A DNA stretch of 64,000 bases from an uncultured Bacilli bacterium (GTDB taxonomy: Bacteria > Bacillota_I > Bacilli_A > RF39 > UBA660), in NCBI GenBank assembly GCA_934168275.1, contig CAKPNA010000001.1, positions 249,034-313,033 on the forward strand, written 5' to 3'. This document shows positions 31,414 through 40,656 of the stretch, piece after piece. A program made the position numbers and the translations under genes. Below the pieces are notes generated by a model. That model saw only the letters and a list, made by a program, of their open reading frames with translations. It searched no databases and was not told the origin of the DNA. Every line of letters starts with the position of its first letter. The first letter of the stretch is position 1.

Positions 31414-31800
31414 CTAACGATTACCTCTTACATATTCTGCCAAGGAAATATCCGCCGGACACAAATCATAATTTATAATATCTTCTCTATCGACAAACCT
31501 ATATTCTGAATGGTCATGTAAATGAAACTCCCCTGCTATATATTTGCATTCATATAATCTTAAATCAACTGTTTTAGATGGATATTCGCAAATACTATTC
31601 GTAAGAAATCTAATTGCTTTCACTCTCATGTCAAACTCTTCCATTATCTCTCTTTCAATAGCCTGCATTTCTGTTTCATCTTTTTCCACCTTACCACCAG
31701 GAAACTCCCACTTACCAAGAACCTCCTCTGAACCCGTTGATCGACGTGCAATTAAATACTTCCCATCTTTCTCTATTAAAGCTGCAACTACTGTTATCAT
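31414..31800 (-). CDS. NUDIX hydrolase (MutT/NudG-like), chromosomal copy
   Basis: 128 aa with the Nudix box GKWEFPGGKVEKDETEMQAIEREIMEEF. Confidence 0.85.
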   Translation of the reverse strand: MITVVAALIEKDGKYLIARRSTGSEEVLGKWEFPGGKVEKDETEMQAIEREIMEEFDMRVKAIRFLTNSICEYPSKTVDLRLYECKYIAGEFHLHDHSEYRFVDREDIINYDLCPADISLAEYVRGNR

Positions 31801-31889
31801 TTCTAACCACCTATAAATAGTATATCAAATTTAATTAATTTACAAAAGTCTTAATATTAAAAACCCCTAGAATAATCTAGAGGTCAATA

Positions 31890-33125
31890 CTATCTCTTCA
31901 TCCAATTCTTACCATCAACTACCCTAGCTACAACCATTGAATTAGATAAATCACCAACAACATTAAGCATTGTAGCCGGCGCATCAATAATAGTAGCAAT
32001 AATTGTAAGTATTGGAAGTGCTCCTGTTCCATATCCCATCATTGTTAGAATCATCATTTCTGATATTGTTCCCCCACCAATAGGAACTGCTGTAACAAGA
32101 AGTGTCGCCACTAAGGCTACTAATAATACCTTACTAACGCCACCAAAACCACTAATATCTGTACCAAATAAACTTACTAAAAACATAATCTTAAAAACAC
32201 TACCAATAATTGAACCATCTTTATGAAAACTAGTACCAAGAGGTATCACTGTTTCCGCTATATCATCAGATACTCCTATCTTTTTCGCACATTCACTATT
32301 TACTGGAATAGATGCCGCTGATGAACATGTCGCAATCGAAGTCAAACTAGCCGGTATAGCATTCTTCCAAAATCTTTTAATACCATCAACTCCCCCAGCC
32401 ATAAAAGCATATATTGTATACACAATAAAGTAAAATAATAAACATACTATCGTATATATAACAAAAGTCTTAATATACCCAACTGCTATAGCACTACCAA
32501 AAGTACCAACCAAAGAAGCAGTACAGCACATAAAACCTATCGGAGCATAATACATAATAATATTAACAACCTTCATAATAACTTCATTAAAAGATTCTAA
32601 TACTTCTCTAGCCTTATCTCCCTTCTTACCAGCCATATTAATAGCCACTCCAAATATAATAGAAAATACTAATAAAGCCATTAAATTATCTGTACTAAGT
32701 AAATCACTAAACTTACTAACTGTAAGTGTTTTAGCAGTCCTCTCTAATATATTAAGTTCTTCTATTTTTACATCTTCTACTAAACTACTCTTAATATCAC
32801 TAACTCTCTCAGTATCAACTAAATTAATCTTATATGTCGAAACAAAACCCACTACTACTGCTACTAAAGAAGTAATAATAAAAGTAATTATTGTCGTAAT
32901 CATAATCTTGCCAAGTCTTTTAGCACTTTTAATCTTCGATATAGATACTGTTATTGAAAGAAATATTAGCGGTACTACAACTACTAAAAGCATATTAATA
33001 AACATATCTCCTAAAGGACTAAGAATACTAGCTTTCTCTTTAAATATAAGTCCTATAATCGTACCAATAATAACTGCTAAAATTAATATAATACTAGACT
33101 TATAATTTTTCATAAACTTTTTCAT
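31890..33125 (-). CDS. Dicarboxylate/amino acid:cation symporter (DAACS; GltP/SstT-like)
   Basis: 411 aa, polytopic. SIATCSSAASIPVN matches the DAACS re-entrant loop motif. Confidence 0.75.
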   Translation of the reverse strand: MKKFMKNYKSSIILILAVIIGTIIGLIFKEKASILSPLGDMFINMLLVVVVPLIFLSITVSISKIKSAKRLGKIMITTIITFIITSLVAVVVGFVSTYKINLVDTERVSDIKSSLVEDVKIEELNILERTAKTLTVSKFSDLLSTDNLMALLVFSIIFGVAINMAGKKGDKAREVLESFNEVIMKVVNIIMYYAPIGFMCCTASLVGTFGSAIAVGYIKTFVIYTIVCLLFYFIVYTIYAFMAGGVDGIKRFWKNAIPASLTSIATCSSAASIPVNSECAKKIGVSDDIAETVIPLGTSFHKDGSIIGSVFKIMFLVSLFGTDISGFGGVSKVLLVALVATLLVTAVPIGGGTISEMMILTMMGYGTGALPILTIIATIIDAPATMLNVVGDLSNSMVVARVVDGKNWMKR

Positions 33126-33249
33126 AACATCACCTTTCTAATATCATTATATTATTAATAAATAAACATTATAAGTATTATAAATCCACACTAAAAATAA
33201 ATATTATTACTATAATCCACACTTATGATATAATAAAGATGAGGTAACT

Positions 33250-34785
33250 ATGAAAAAATATATAAAATTAAATAATAATGATAATCATCTATCTCTAGGT
33301 AATTTTACTAGAATAATAAAAGAAAACACTATTAATAAAACTAGTGCTATACAAATAGAAGTATTTAATGCTCTATTTAATACTAATAATATAAATGATA
33401 CTACTGTAAATAACTATTGTATTGGTATAAGAAGTATAAATAATGAATATAAACAACAATACATAATATATAAAAAGAAATATCAAAAAGATAAATATAT
33501 TCTACTAGATATAATAATTAATTTATTAACCATAATAACTGGTAATATCTATACAAACTTATCTAAGAATGAAAAGATAAATATAATAAATAATAATAGT
33601 ATATTAAAAACAATAACTATAAAATTATATAATATAAGTAAAAATGATAAAGAAGTATCTAAAGAATTATCTAGTAATTTATTATATTTAATAAGTAATA
33701 ATAATTTATATGAAGCCCTTACTCAAATACTATTCTTTATTATCTTAGATAAAAAGCAACCCATATATGAAGATAATTTAAAAAAAGAAATAATAGAAAA
33801 TCTTCTAAACAATACATTAGTGTCCCCTAAAGAGTTAGAAGAATATTTAAATCTTAAACTAAGTGAAGGTATTAACTATAACTACTCTTTAACTACTCTA
33901 GCCAAGAATAATAATCCATATGCTTTATATGAATTAGGTAGTGATGAATACAAAGGATATATTAAAGGATATCCAAGATATGATATAAGTTATAAATACT
34001 TTAAAGAAGCATCTTTAAAAGAACATCCTAGTAGTTATTATATGATGGCTAAAATGTTAATTAATAATAATATTGGTAATAAAACAAATAAAGATTTAAA
34101 ACTAGCTTATGAATATTTAAATAAAGCTATTAAATTAGGTAATGTAGCATCTATTAATTTATTAGGTAATATGTATAAAAGAGGCTTATATGTAAAGAAA
34201 GATATTGAGAAAGCTAAGTCTTTATATGAAGAAGCGGCCTCATATAACTACGTTTATGCTTATAATAACTTAGGTAAAATATATGAAGATATGAAAGATT
34301 ACCAAAAAGCCTTCTATTACTTTGAAAAGTCTTCTCTACTTGGTGAGTCTTATGCTCTAAATACTCTAGGAGAATATTATCGTAAAGGAATATATGTAAG
34401 CATTGATTTAGATAAAGCCTTTGAACTTTATAATAAAGCTTTGGAGTCTCCCATCGATAATATTTACCCATATGCTTACTATAACTTAGCAAAATATTTC
34501 TATCTAACCGGAGATGTAGTATTAGTAAAAGATATAAATAAGGCTATCAACTATTTATCTATAGCAAGTAGTAATGATATTATTGAAGCATCTACTTTAT
34601 TATTATATATATATGTTGAAGAATATTTGAAAGAATTAAATGATGAAATGATACCTAAAATAAAAGAATTAGTTATTACTATTGAAAGGCATCCAAAGTA
34701 TAATGAAGAAATAAAAGAAGAAATAGATAGTAACTTATTAAAACTTAAAGAGAATAAAAAAATAAATATAGATGTTATATTTTAA
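33250..34785 (+). CDS. Sel1-like repeat (TPR-related) protein
   Basis: 511 aa. The C-terminal half carries tandem Sel1-like repeats (AYEYLNKAIKLGNVASINLLGNMYKRGLYVKKDIEKAKSLYEEAA...YALNTLGEYYRKGIYVSIDLDKAFELYNKA). Confidence 0.7.
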   Translation: MKKYIKLNNNDNHLSLGNFTRIIKENTINKTSAIQIEVFNALFNTNNINDTTVNNYCIGIRSINNEYKQQYIIYKKKYQKDKYILLDIIINLLTIITGNIYTNLSKNEKINIINNNSILKTITIKLYNISKNDKEVSKELSSNLLYLISNNNLYEALTQILFFIILDKKQPIYEDNLKKEIIENLLNNTLVSPKELEEYLNLKLSEGINYNYSLTTLAKNNNPYALYELGSDEYKGYIKGYPRYDISYKYFKEASLKEHPSSYYMMAKMLINNNIGNKTNKDLKLAYEYLNKAIKLGNVASINLLGNMYKRGLYVKKDIEKAKSLYEEAASYNYVYAYNNLGKIYEDMKDYQKAFYYFEKSSLLGESYALNTLGEYYRKGIYVSIDLDKAFELYNKALESPIDNIYPYAYYNLAKYFYLTGDVVLVKDINKAINYLSIASSNDIIEASTLLLYIYVEEYLKELNDEMIPKIKELVITIERHPKYNEEIKEEIDSNLLKLKENKKINIDVIF

Positions 34786-34825
34786 CTATATTTATTTTAT
34801 GTGTGCGAGCAAAAATTAGAACTTT

Positions 34826-34842
34826 TGCTCTCTTCAGGGGGG
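34826..34842. repeat. Left copy of the island-flanking direct repeat (GCTCTCTTCAGGGGG preceded by hairpin gagcaaaa...ttttgctc)
   Basis: A 15-nt GC-rich identity with 43553-43567. Such a sequence is very unlikely by chance in 26%-GC DNA. Confidence 0.6.
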
Positions 34843-34944
34843 CCTGTTCTCTTCAGTTAGAAGAGACCAAATTGTGTTAAACCATTTAAATACGGGCCTT
34901 TTTATATTGGCATAAACCGTCATTTACCGTGGTTTTTTAGTATT

Positions 34945-34970
34945 TTTGTACCTAAATTGTACCTAAAAAA
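34945..34970. repeat. Tandem TGTACCTAAA direct repeats (left subterminal copy)
   Basis: tttttGTACCTAAAtTGTACCTAAAAaa. A near-identical pair occurs at 43474-43505. Confidence 0.6.
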
Positions 34971-34974
34971 GACA

Positions 34975-35673
34975 TCAATTACTTTTTTGATGCCTTTGTT
35001 TTTTTCTTAACTTGTTTTTTAGATTTTTTCTTTTTTCTACAATATTTGTATTAATACATTCAATATATAATTCACTAAATATTTCTTCTAATCTTTCAAT
35101 CATACCATCTTCACCTTTTAAAAATTTCTTTGCTCCTATAAATTGACTATATGAAAAGTACAACATTATTATTACGAAACTAAAACTTACTAGATATGGT
35201 AGTGCAATTGCCAAACCATTAAAGTCAAAGCCATCTTTAGTATAAAATGAAAGTATTGCTGGAATAGCTATTGATAATATAGCTAACAAATTGCCTCCAA
35301 CTATTTTAGTTTTAATCATATTCCTATTGTGATCAATTATGCATAAAAGTGTTTTTTCATTATACATATTATTTTTTATAAAGTAATCTTTAAATAGTTC
35401 TTTTTCAGCATTTCTAATAATAAATGGTAATGTTATCTCATTTTCGTTTCTTTTACCTATACTTAAATGCAATTTTGTATTTAATACCTTTTCACTTACA
35501 ACTTTCATAATTAATAACATAGCTATAAACACTAAGATCATTGGTACTATTTTATTTAAAAAATTGAATATTAATGAAATCAATATAAATACAACATATA
35601 TCCAAAACGTTCTTTTTTTAATAATGTTATATGGACTTTTTTTCTTATATATTTCTTCTATATCTTTGTACAT
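34975..35673 (-). CDS. Hypothetical membrane protein (island cargo)
   Basis: 232 aa with about 4 TM segments and a basic Lys/Arg-rich C-terminus. No recognisable family. Confidence 0.45.
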   Translation of the reverse strand: MYKDIEEIYKKKSPYNIIKKRTFWIYVVFILISLIFNFLNKIVPMILVFIAMLLIMKVVSEKVLNTKLHLSIGKRNENEITLPFIIRNAEKELFKDYFIKNNMYNEKTLLCIIDHNRNMIKTKIVGGNLLAILSIAIPAILSFYTKDGFDFNGLAIALPYLVSFSFVIIMLYFSYSQFIGAKKFLKGEDGMIERLEEIFSELYIECINTNIVEKRKNLKNKLRKKQRHQKSN

Positions 35674-35759
35674 ATTATTCCCCCTAAATTTAACTAATAT
35701 TATATCACAAATAACTTGACTAATTGATTAATACAACAACTATTAAAAAGGAGGATTAT

Positions 35760-36032
35760 ATGGTTAATAGCGTTGTTATTTCAGGATGCTTTAAAGGTAT
35801 TGAAAATGAAGAATTACTCTTAAAAGTTGAAGGTTTAGAAAACCATCAAATTGTCAGAATAAATATTTCAAAAGGTTTTCAAAAAGAATTAGATAATTAC
35901 ATCAAAGAAAATGATTTAATTGGCATAAAAGGTTATATTGAAGTTGATGATCTTCATAGAATTATAATTATTGCAACAAAAATTACTTTTATCAAATTAA
36001 AAAGCTCAGAATTAAATTTTCTGAGCTTTTAA
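35760..36032 (+). CDS. Small hypothetical protein, possibly OB-fold-like (island cargo)
   Basis: A strong RBS (aaaaaggagg) lies 5 nt before the ATG at 35760, giving ~90 aa (MVNSVVISGCFKGIENEELLLKVEGLENHQIVRINISKGF...). The pattern is weakly SSB/PriB-like. The gene ends in a hairpin shared with the convergent gene. Confidence 0.45.
   Translation: MVNSVVISGCFKGIENEELLLKVEGLENHQIVRINISKGFQKELDNYIKENDLIGIKGYIEVDDLHRIIIIATKITFIKLKSSELNFLSF
35999..36030. terminator. Bidirectional hairpin (aaaagctcaga-attaaatttt-ctgagctttt) shared by two convergent genes
   Basis: A perfect 10-11 bp stem with flanking A/T runs. It overlaps the last codons of both 35760..36032(+) and 36029..37309(-). Confidence 0.6.
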
Positions 36033-37309
36033 TTTGAATATATTTTATAACTTGTTGGAACAAAATTATAATCCGTATTATTGAATAGATCTTTACCTCT
36101 TACTATTTTTAGATAACGGTCTTTACTTTCACTATTAATTATCCTATACAAATAATAATTATCTATATGTTTTTTTGCAAAATCTATTTCATCAGACGTA
36201 ATATCAATTGGTGTTCCTTCATTACCCTTTGTTGATTTGACTTCAATATATTTTTCAACATATTCACCATTTTCATTTAATTCAAATGATAAAATATCAA
36301 ATCCTTCATTCTCTTTTTTATTATTAAAAAATTCTTCCATTTCCCTAACTTGTTCTTGGGCTTCTTCTTCCATTAAGCGCCTGATTTCATTTTCATATAC
36401 AACTTTCTCATTTATAATACCCTGATTTGTTTTTATGATTTCTTCAGCTATATAGTCTGGCTTTTTAGTTCTTTGTATTTTTTTATCTGTTTTCCTATAC
36501 TTTCTTATATTTATTTTACCTTCCCTATATTCCAAATCATTTTGTTCCTCAATCATATCAGAATATACTTTGCTTTCGATTTCAGTTATTTCATAAACTA
36601 TTTCGCTAAATTTTTCATCTTTTTCAAAATTATAATCATTTGGATATACAATTGATAAAGGAAATTTCCATACGAGTCTATCGTTTCCATCTATGTCCTT
36701 TTCTACAACTTGATATGGTTCAGCACATAGTTTAACTTGTCCTTCGAAAATATATTTTTTATTATTATCTTTGGAGAATAAATACATTGGTAAATCATTT
36801 TCGTTTGATTCATAAATTGTTTTATTGTTTTTTGTGATAGTTTGATCTCCTGTTAATCCCTCTCCAGTATATGTAATAAAACCGTTTTCAACTAAACTAT
36901 CACCATATACACCATTTTCTTCTGATGTTGTTAATACTAAACAGTTTAATGAATTAGTTTTCATTATGCCTGACTGACCACTTATTTTAAAAATTGCCAT
37001 AAGTTGATCTCGTGTAAATACATCACCAATATTCATATTGTTTATAAATTTTATTTGATCATAATATATTGATTTATATAGACCTGATCCTTTTTCTTTT
37101 AGAATGTATTCTTCTGTTCCAGAAAATGCTTCTGATAATACACTATGTGTTTCTAATGCTGCTCTTACTGAAGCACCACCATTATTTATACCTACATCTC
37201 TATTTTTGTCAACTTCTTCATAGATTTCTTTTAGTGGAATCCACTCTTTTCCAGTTCTTCTATGAATAGCAATAACTGAGTTATAAACAATCTCTCTTAA
37301 AGTACTCAT
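36029..37309 (-). CDS. SRA-like (5mC/5hmC-reader-type) domain fused to C-terminal PD-(D/E)xK nuclease-like DUF3883 domain; candidate modification-dependent (Type IV-like) restriction protein
   Basis: 426 aa. The central region (FITYTGEGLTGDQTITKNNKTIYESNENDLPMYLFSKDNNKKYIFEGQVKL) matches the SRA/YDG pattern (YTGeGg...dQ..gN.aL...PVrvfR...Y.YdGlY). The C-terminus (GFDILSFE...KYIEVKSTKGNEGTPIDITSDEIDFAKKHIDNYYLYRI) matches DUF3883 with a D...E-V-K core. The N-terminus is winged-helix-like. Confidence 0.55.
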   Translation of the reverse strand: MSTLREIVYNSVIAIHRRTGKEWIPLKEIYEEVDKNRDVGINNGGASVRAALETHSVLSEAFSGTEEYILKEKGSGLYKSIYYDQIKFINNMNIGDVFTRDQLMAIFKISGQSGIMKTNSLNCLVLTTSEENGVYGDSLVENGFITYTGEGLTGDQTITKNNKTIYESNENDLPMYLFSKDNNKKYIFEGQVKLCAEPYQVVEKDIDGNDRLVWKFPLSIVYPNDYNFEKDEKFSEIVYEITEIESKVYSDMIEEQNDLEYREGKINIRKYRKTDKKIQRTKKPDYIAEEIIKTNQGIINEKVVYENEIRRLMEEEAQEQVREMEEFFNNKKENEGFDILSFELNENGEYVEKYIEVKSTKGNEGTPIDITSDEIDFAKKHIDNYYLYRIINSESKDRYLKIVRGKDLFNNTDYNFVPTSYKIYSN

Positions 37310-37311
37310 AA

Positions 37312-37698
37312 TTATTTCTCCTTAACATATTTAGCAAGCGGAATATCAGCAGGTGCTAAATCATAATTTAATAAATTATCTTTTTCTACCCATTTATATT
37401 CTGAATGATCATGTAAATGAAAATCACCCGATATATAAGTACAACTATACAATTTTAAATCAACTGTCTTTTGAGGGTATTTGCATACATTATTTACTAA
37501 GAATTTATTTGCATGAACTTCTAATTCAAACTCTTCTTTAATTTCTCTTTCTATTGCGATTTTTTCGTCTTCGTCCTGTTTTACTTTACCACCAGGAAAT
37601 TCCCACTTGCCAAGTACGTTTGGATCTCCTGTAGAGCGTTTGGCTATTAAAACTTTATTATCTTTTTCTATTAACGCTGCTACAACATTTATAATCAT
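37312..37698 (-). CDS. NUDIX hydrolase (MutT/NudG-like), island copy, co-operonic with the SRA/PD-(D/E)xK gene
   Basis: 128 aa with the Nudix box GKWEFPGGKVKQDEDEKIAIEREIKEEF. It is about 65% identical in protein to the chromosomal copy at 31414..31800, and a 2-bp gap separates it from the downstream nuclease gene. Confidence 0.85.
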   Translation of the reverse strand: MIINVVAALIEKDNKVLIAKRSTGDPNVLGKWEFPGGKVKQDEDEKIAIEREIKEEFELEVHANKFLVNNVCKYPQKTVDLKLYSCTYISGDFHLHDHSEYKWVEKDNLLNYDLAPADIPLAKYVKEK

Positions 37699-37743
37699 AT
37701 TCTTTCACCATATTAATTATATCATAGTTTTTTATTATCTAAC

Positions 37744-37770
37744 AAAAAAAGGCTTATTTAAAGCCTTAGT
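37744..37770. terminator. Rho-independent terminator of the RM operon (minus strand)
   Basis: On the minus strand the stem is AAGGCTTT-aaat-AAGCCTT followed by TTTTTTTGTT. It overlaps the stop codon of the 591-aa gene. Confidence 0.65.
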
Positions 37771-39541
37771 AAACTATATACATAGGAGAATTCAAAGTTA
37801 TCTCTCCCTCTAGCGATCCTGATGAACTTTTAATATTATCAAATATTTCAAAAATAATTGGATTAGATGATAGTATTTTCCATACAATATTTCCTGTTCC
37901 ATTAATCATAATGTACATCAAATAATCAAAACGTGTTTCTCCGGGTGCCATAGGAGACTCTTGACCTCCTACACCGATATAACATTCTTTAATAACAATT
38001 GGAGTATATACTTTTTCAATTAATTGATTTAATTCTGCCATCTTTTCAGAATCATTTCTAACGGAAACCAATTTGTCAATGTCAGATCTTTGTGTTTCAT
38101 AAATTTTCTTTTTGTTTTCTTGTAAAAAAGCATCGTATTCATCGTCAGAACATTTGTGAACGCTAATTATATCTATGTAATTCCTTTTTGTTGTAAGTCC
38201 TGTTCCCTGAAGTATTTTTCTATCGCCTTGAGCACCAGGATAACTAACAGCTATATTTTTCATATTATTCATCAAAAATACACTCATAGAAGCAAAAGTA
38301 ACAACATCCTCATTTATCATATCATTAGGTAGTAACTTGGTTGGCATTTTGATTTTCGAAGTCATTAAACTTTTTTGTCTTTCTGTCAAATAATAATTAT
38401 CAACTAATTCTAAATTCCATTTAATTTCTACAATGACATTATCATTTAAATCGCAAAGAATTATCTTTTCACCAAAATGAAGTAAATTATTAATTACGGA
38501 TAAACTACTATTTAAACAATTCATTAAGTCATTATCATTGATAATAATTGTATTGCCTGTAATTAGTGCAGATTGAAATAAATTATGTGTATTAGTTGCC
38601 TTTTTAAATAAATCATACGCAATATCAAATGTGACAATATTATCATTAGGTATTACTTTAGCATCTATAATCTCCATTATTGCATCTTGATTGTTTCCTT
38701 CATATAATGATTTATATTTGTTTCTGTTTTCTCTTTGAACTAAAAATTTTACAATAGGTTTTTGATTATAATTTTTATTTAAGAATAAAAGCATTCCTCT
38801 TTCTGGATCCATTCCATGTCCATATCGATTAAACTTCAACATTAATTTTCCATCAGTTCCAACTCTAATTCTCGAAGAATTAGTAAATTCTAATCTTTCA
38901 TAATTATAATTAGAGTGTACATAATTTGAATACTTATTCTTTTCTGCTTCAAAATATTCATTATCACTAGCTGTCTTATTATATGATTCTATCATTCCAT
39001 TCATAATTTCTTTTAATTCATTTAAAAATGGAGGACAAGATATTTTTGTAATATCAGTCATAACTAAATCAGAGTTTTCAATCAAAGGCCAATCAATATG
39101 ATAATAAATTCCACCCATATTTAAAGTCGTATAGTATTCATGTTGAATTTTAATTTTTGTTCCTCCACCAAAATCAGTATTATTCATTTCTGAAGGTGAA
39201 ATCTTAATGCATGGTGTTTGATAATATGTACTCCAATACATAACATCATATCTCTGCATTATATGATCATCTGTTGGTACTGCAGTAGAAAATTCAATTG
39301 CAACAATAGGATGTTCTGTATCATCTTCTTCTATTATACTAATAAATCCATCAAAATCTTTATGTGAAAATAATTTTGAAATAATTGAATCATTACGGTA
39401 AGCAGAAAAATTATTCGGCTTCGTATAAATAATTTTATGATGTACATCTCGCAAAACATCATTGTCTGAAATATAATCTAATAAATATAGTCCCTGTTCA
39501 TAACATTCACAATATACTCTTAATTCTTTTATACTTCTCAT
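37766..39541 (-). CDS. Putative restriction endonuclease of a two-methyltransferase (Type IIS-like) RM operon
   Basis: 591 aa with no database-recognisable motif by eye; a possible PD-(D/E)xK-like core is DFDGF...VAIEFS. It is the last gene of the M1-M2-X operon, 11 bp after the M2 stop. Its size suits a Type IIS or other atypical Type II enzyme. Confidence 0.4.
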   Translation of the reverse strand: MRSIKELRVYCECYEQGLYLLDYISDNDVLRDVHHKIIYTKPNNFSAYRNDSIISKLFSHKDFDGFISIIEEDDTEHPIVAIEFSTAVPTDDHIMQRYDVMYWSTYYQTPCIKISPSEMNNTDFGGGTKIKIQHEYYTTLNMGGIYYHIDWPLIENSDLVMTDITKISCPPFLNELKEIMNGMIESYNKTASDNEYFEAEKNKYSNYVHSNYNYERLEFTNSSRIRVGTDGKLMLKFNRYGHGMDPERGMLLFLNKNYNQKPIVKFLVQRENRNKYKSLYEGNNQDAIMEIIDAKVIPNDNIVTFDIAYDLFKKATNTHNLFQSALITGNTIIINDNDLMNCLNSSLSVINNLLHFGEKIILCDLNDNVIVEIKWNLELVDNYYLTERQKSLMTSKIKMPTKLLPNDMINEDVVTFASMSVFLMNNMKNIAVSYPGAQGDRKILQGTGLTTKRNYIDIISVHKCSDDEYDAFLQENKKKIYETQRSDIDKLVSVRNDSEKMAELNQLIEKVYTPIVIKECYIGVGGQESPMAPGETRFDYLMYIMINGTGNIVWKILSSNPIIFEIFDNIKSSSGSLEGEITLNSPMYIVY

Positions 39542-39552
39542 ACTAAATACAT

Positions 39553-40656
39553 CTACACCTCCTCTATTTTTTCAAATACTAAAAAGTATTCCTTCTTTCC
39601 CTTAGTTCGAAAGCTTTGCTGAAAATTTCTACTTGTTTTATCCAACTCAGTATACTTTTCCTCGACTAATTTCCATTTTAATTTTTCAGCAATAAGCAGC
39701 GTATGTTCCCTGCTATCATATTTTTCACCAGCAATTTTTCCATCACCTATAATTATTACTATATGTGCTCCTACCTTAAGTGAATAATTTGCTGATAAAA
39801 ATATTTTATATAAATCATCAGTAAACTTACTTGCCTCTTTCTTTAAACTTGAGAATTCTCTTCTTGAACCTATCTCTTTTTCCATAACAGGTTTAAAATC
39901 ATATCCCAACCATAACATTCGATGTTTATGATATAAATAATAATCATATGTATTAGGGTATGGTGGAGAAGTGATTAAAAAATCCACACTATTTTTTTTC
40001 AATATTTTATTAATCAAATTTGAATCAGTTAAGTATACCATGGAATCACAATCTAATTTATTTGTTAATACTGCAATATCAAAAACATCTTTTAACTTAC
40101 TAATAAATGATTCTAATACTTCTTCAACTGATATGTCACCTTTATCCTTTGCAGAATATCTTGTATCACTTTCTTGGTTAGATAATGGTAATATTACAAT
40201 TGAAAATGCCAAATAACATAAGTCAACAATTCTTTCATCAGCATTGTATGCTTTTATACAATGTCTAATAGCTGATAAGCCAATAATTACATTTTCTCTA
40301 AACCAATGATTGATCGAATCATAATTTAATATTTCAAATTCTTCTTTATTAATATTTTTAAAAAATTCAGTCGTCTTTTTCTCAAAACTATTTATTTTTT
40401 TTAAATCTGATTTATTATAAGTATTAGTTTTTACTTTAGATATCTGATAAGCAACAGGATTAATATCAAAACCAACTGATCTTCTTTCTAACCATCTTGC
40501 CGCAAGAAGTGTTGTTCCACTTCCAACAAACGGATCTAAAATCACATCATTCTTTTTAGTATACTTATTGATATAGTATTCAAGCATTTCTGCAGTATAT
40601 TTTGCTGGATATGAGTGAATACGATCAATTTTATTTATATCTTCAATATTTATCAT
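39553..40656 (-). CDS. DNA methyltransferase (N4-cytosine/N6-adenine, SPPY type), M2
   Basis: 367 aa. Motif I (ILDPFVGSGTTLLAARWLERR) lies near the N-terminus and motif IV (ITSPPYPNTYDYY) about 190 aa later, an alpha-class order. Confidence 0.85.
   Translation of the reverse strand: MINIEDINKIDRIHSYPAKYTAEMLEYYINKYTKKNDVILDPFVGSGTTLLAARWLERRSVGFDINPVAYQISKVKTNTYNKSDLKKINSFEKKTTEFFKNINKEEFEILNYDSINHWFRENVIIGLSAIRHCIKAYNADERIVDLCYLAFSIVILPLSNQESDTRYSAKDKGDISVEEVLESFISKLKDVFDIAVLTNKLDCDSMVYLTDSNLINKILKKNSVDFLITSPPYPNTYDYYLYHKHRMLWLGYDFKPVMEKEIGSRREFSSLKKEASKFTDDLYKIFLSANYSLKVGAHIVIIIGDGKIAGEKYDSREHTLLIAEKLKWKLVEEKYTELDKTSRNFQQSFRTKGKKEYFLVFEKIEEV

Noticed and set aside
34826-34930. GC-richer patch after the Sel1 gene as a possible tRNA/tmRNA fragment or integration target
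   Set aside because: There is no cloverleaf-compatible stems or T-loop (GTTCRANYC) motif. The 15-mer it shares with the other end of the island is instead part of a terminator hairpin.
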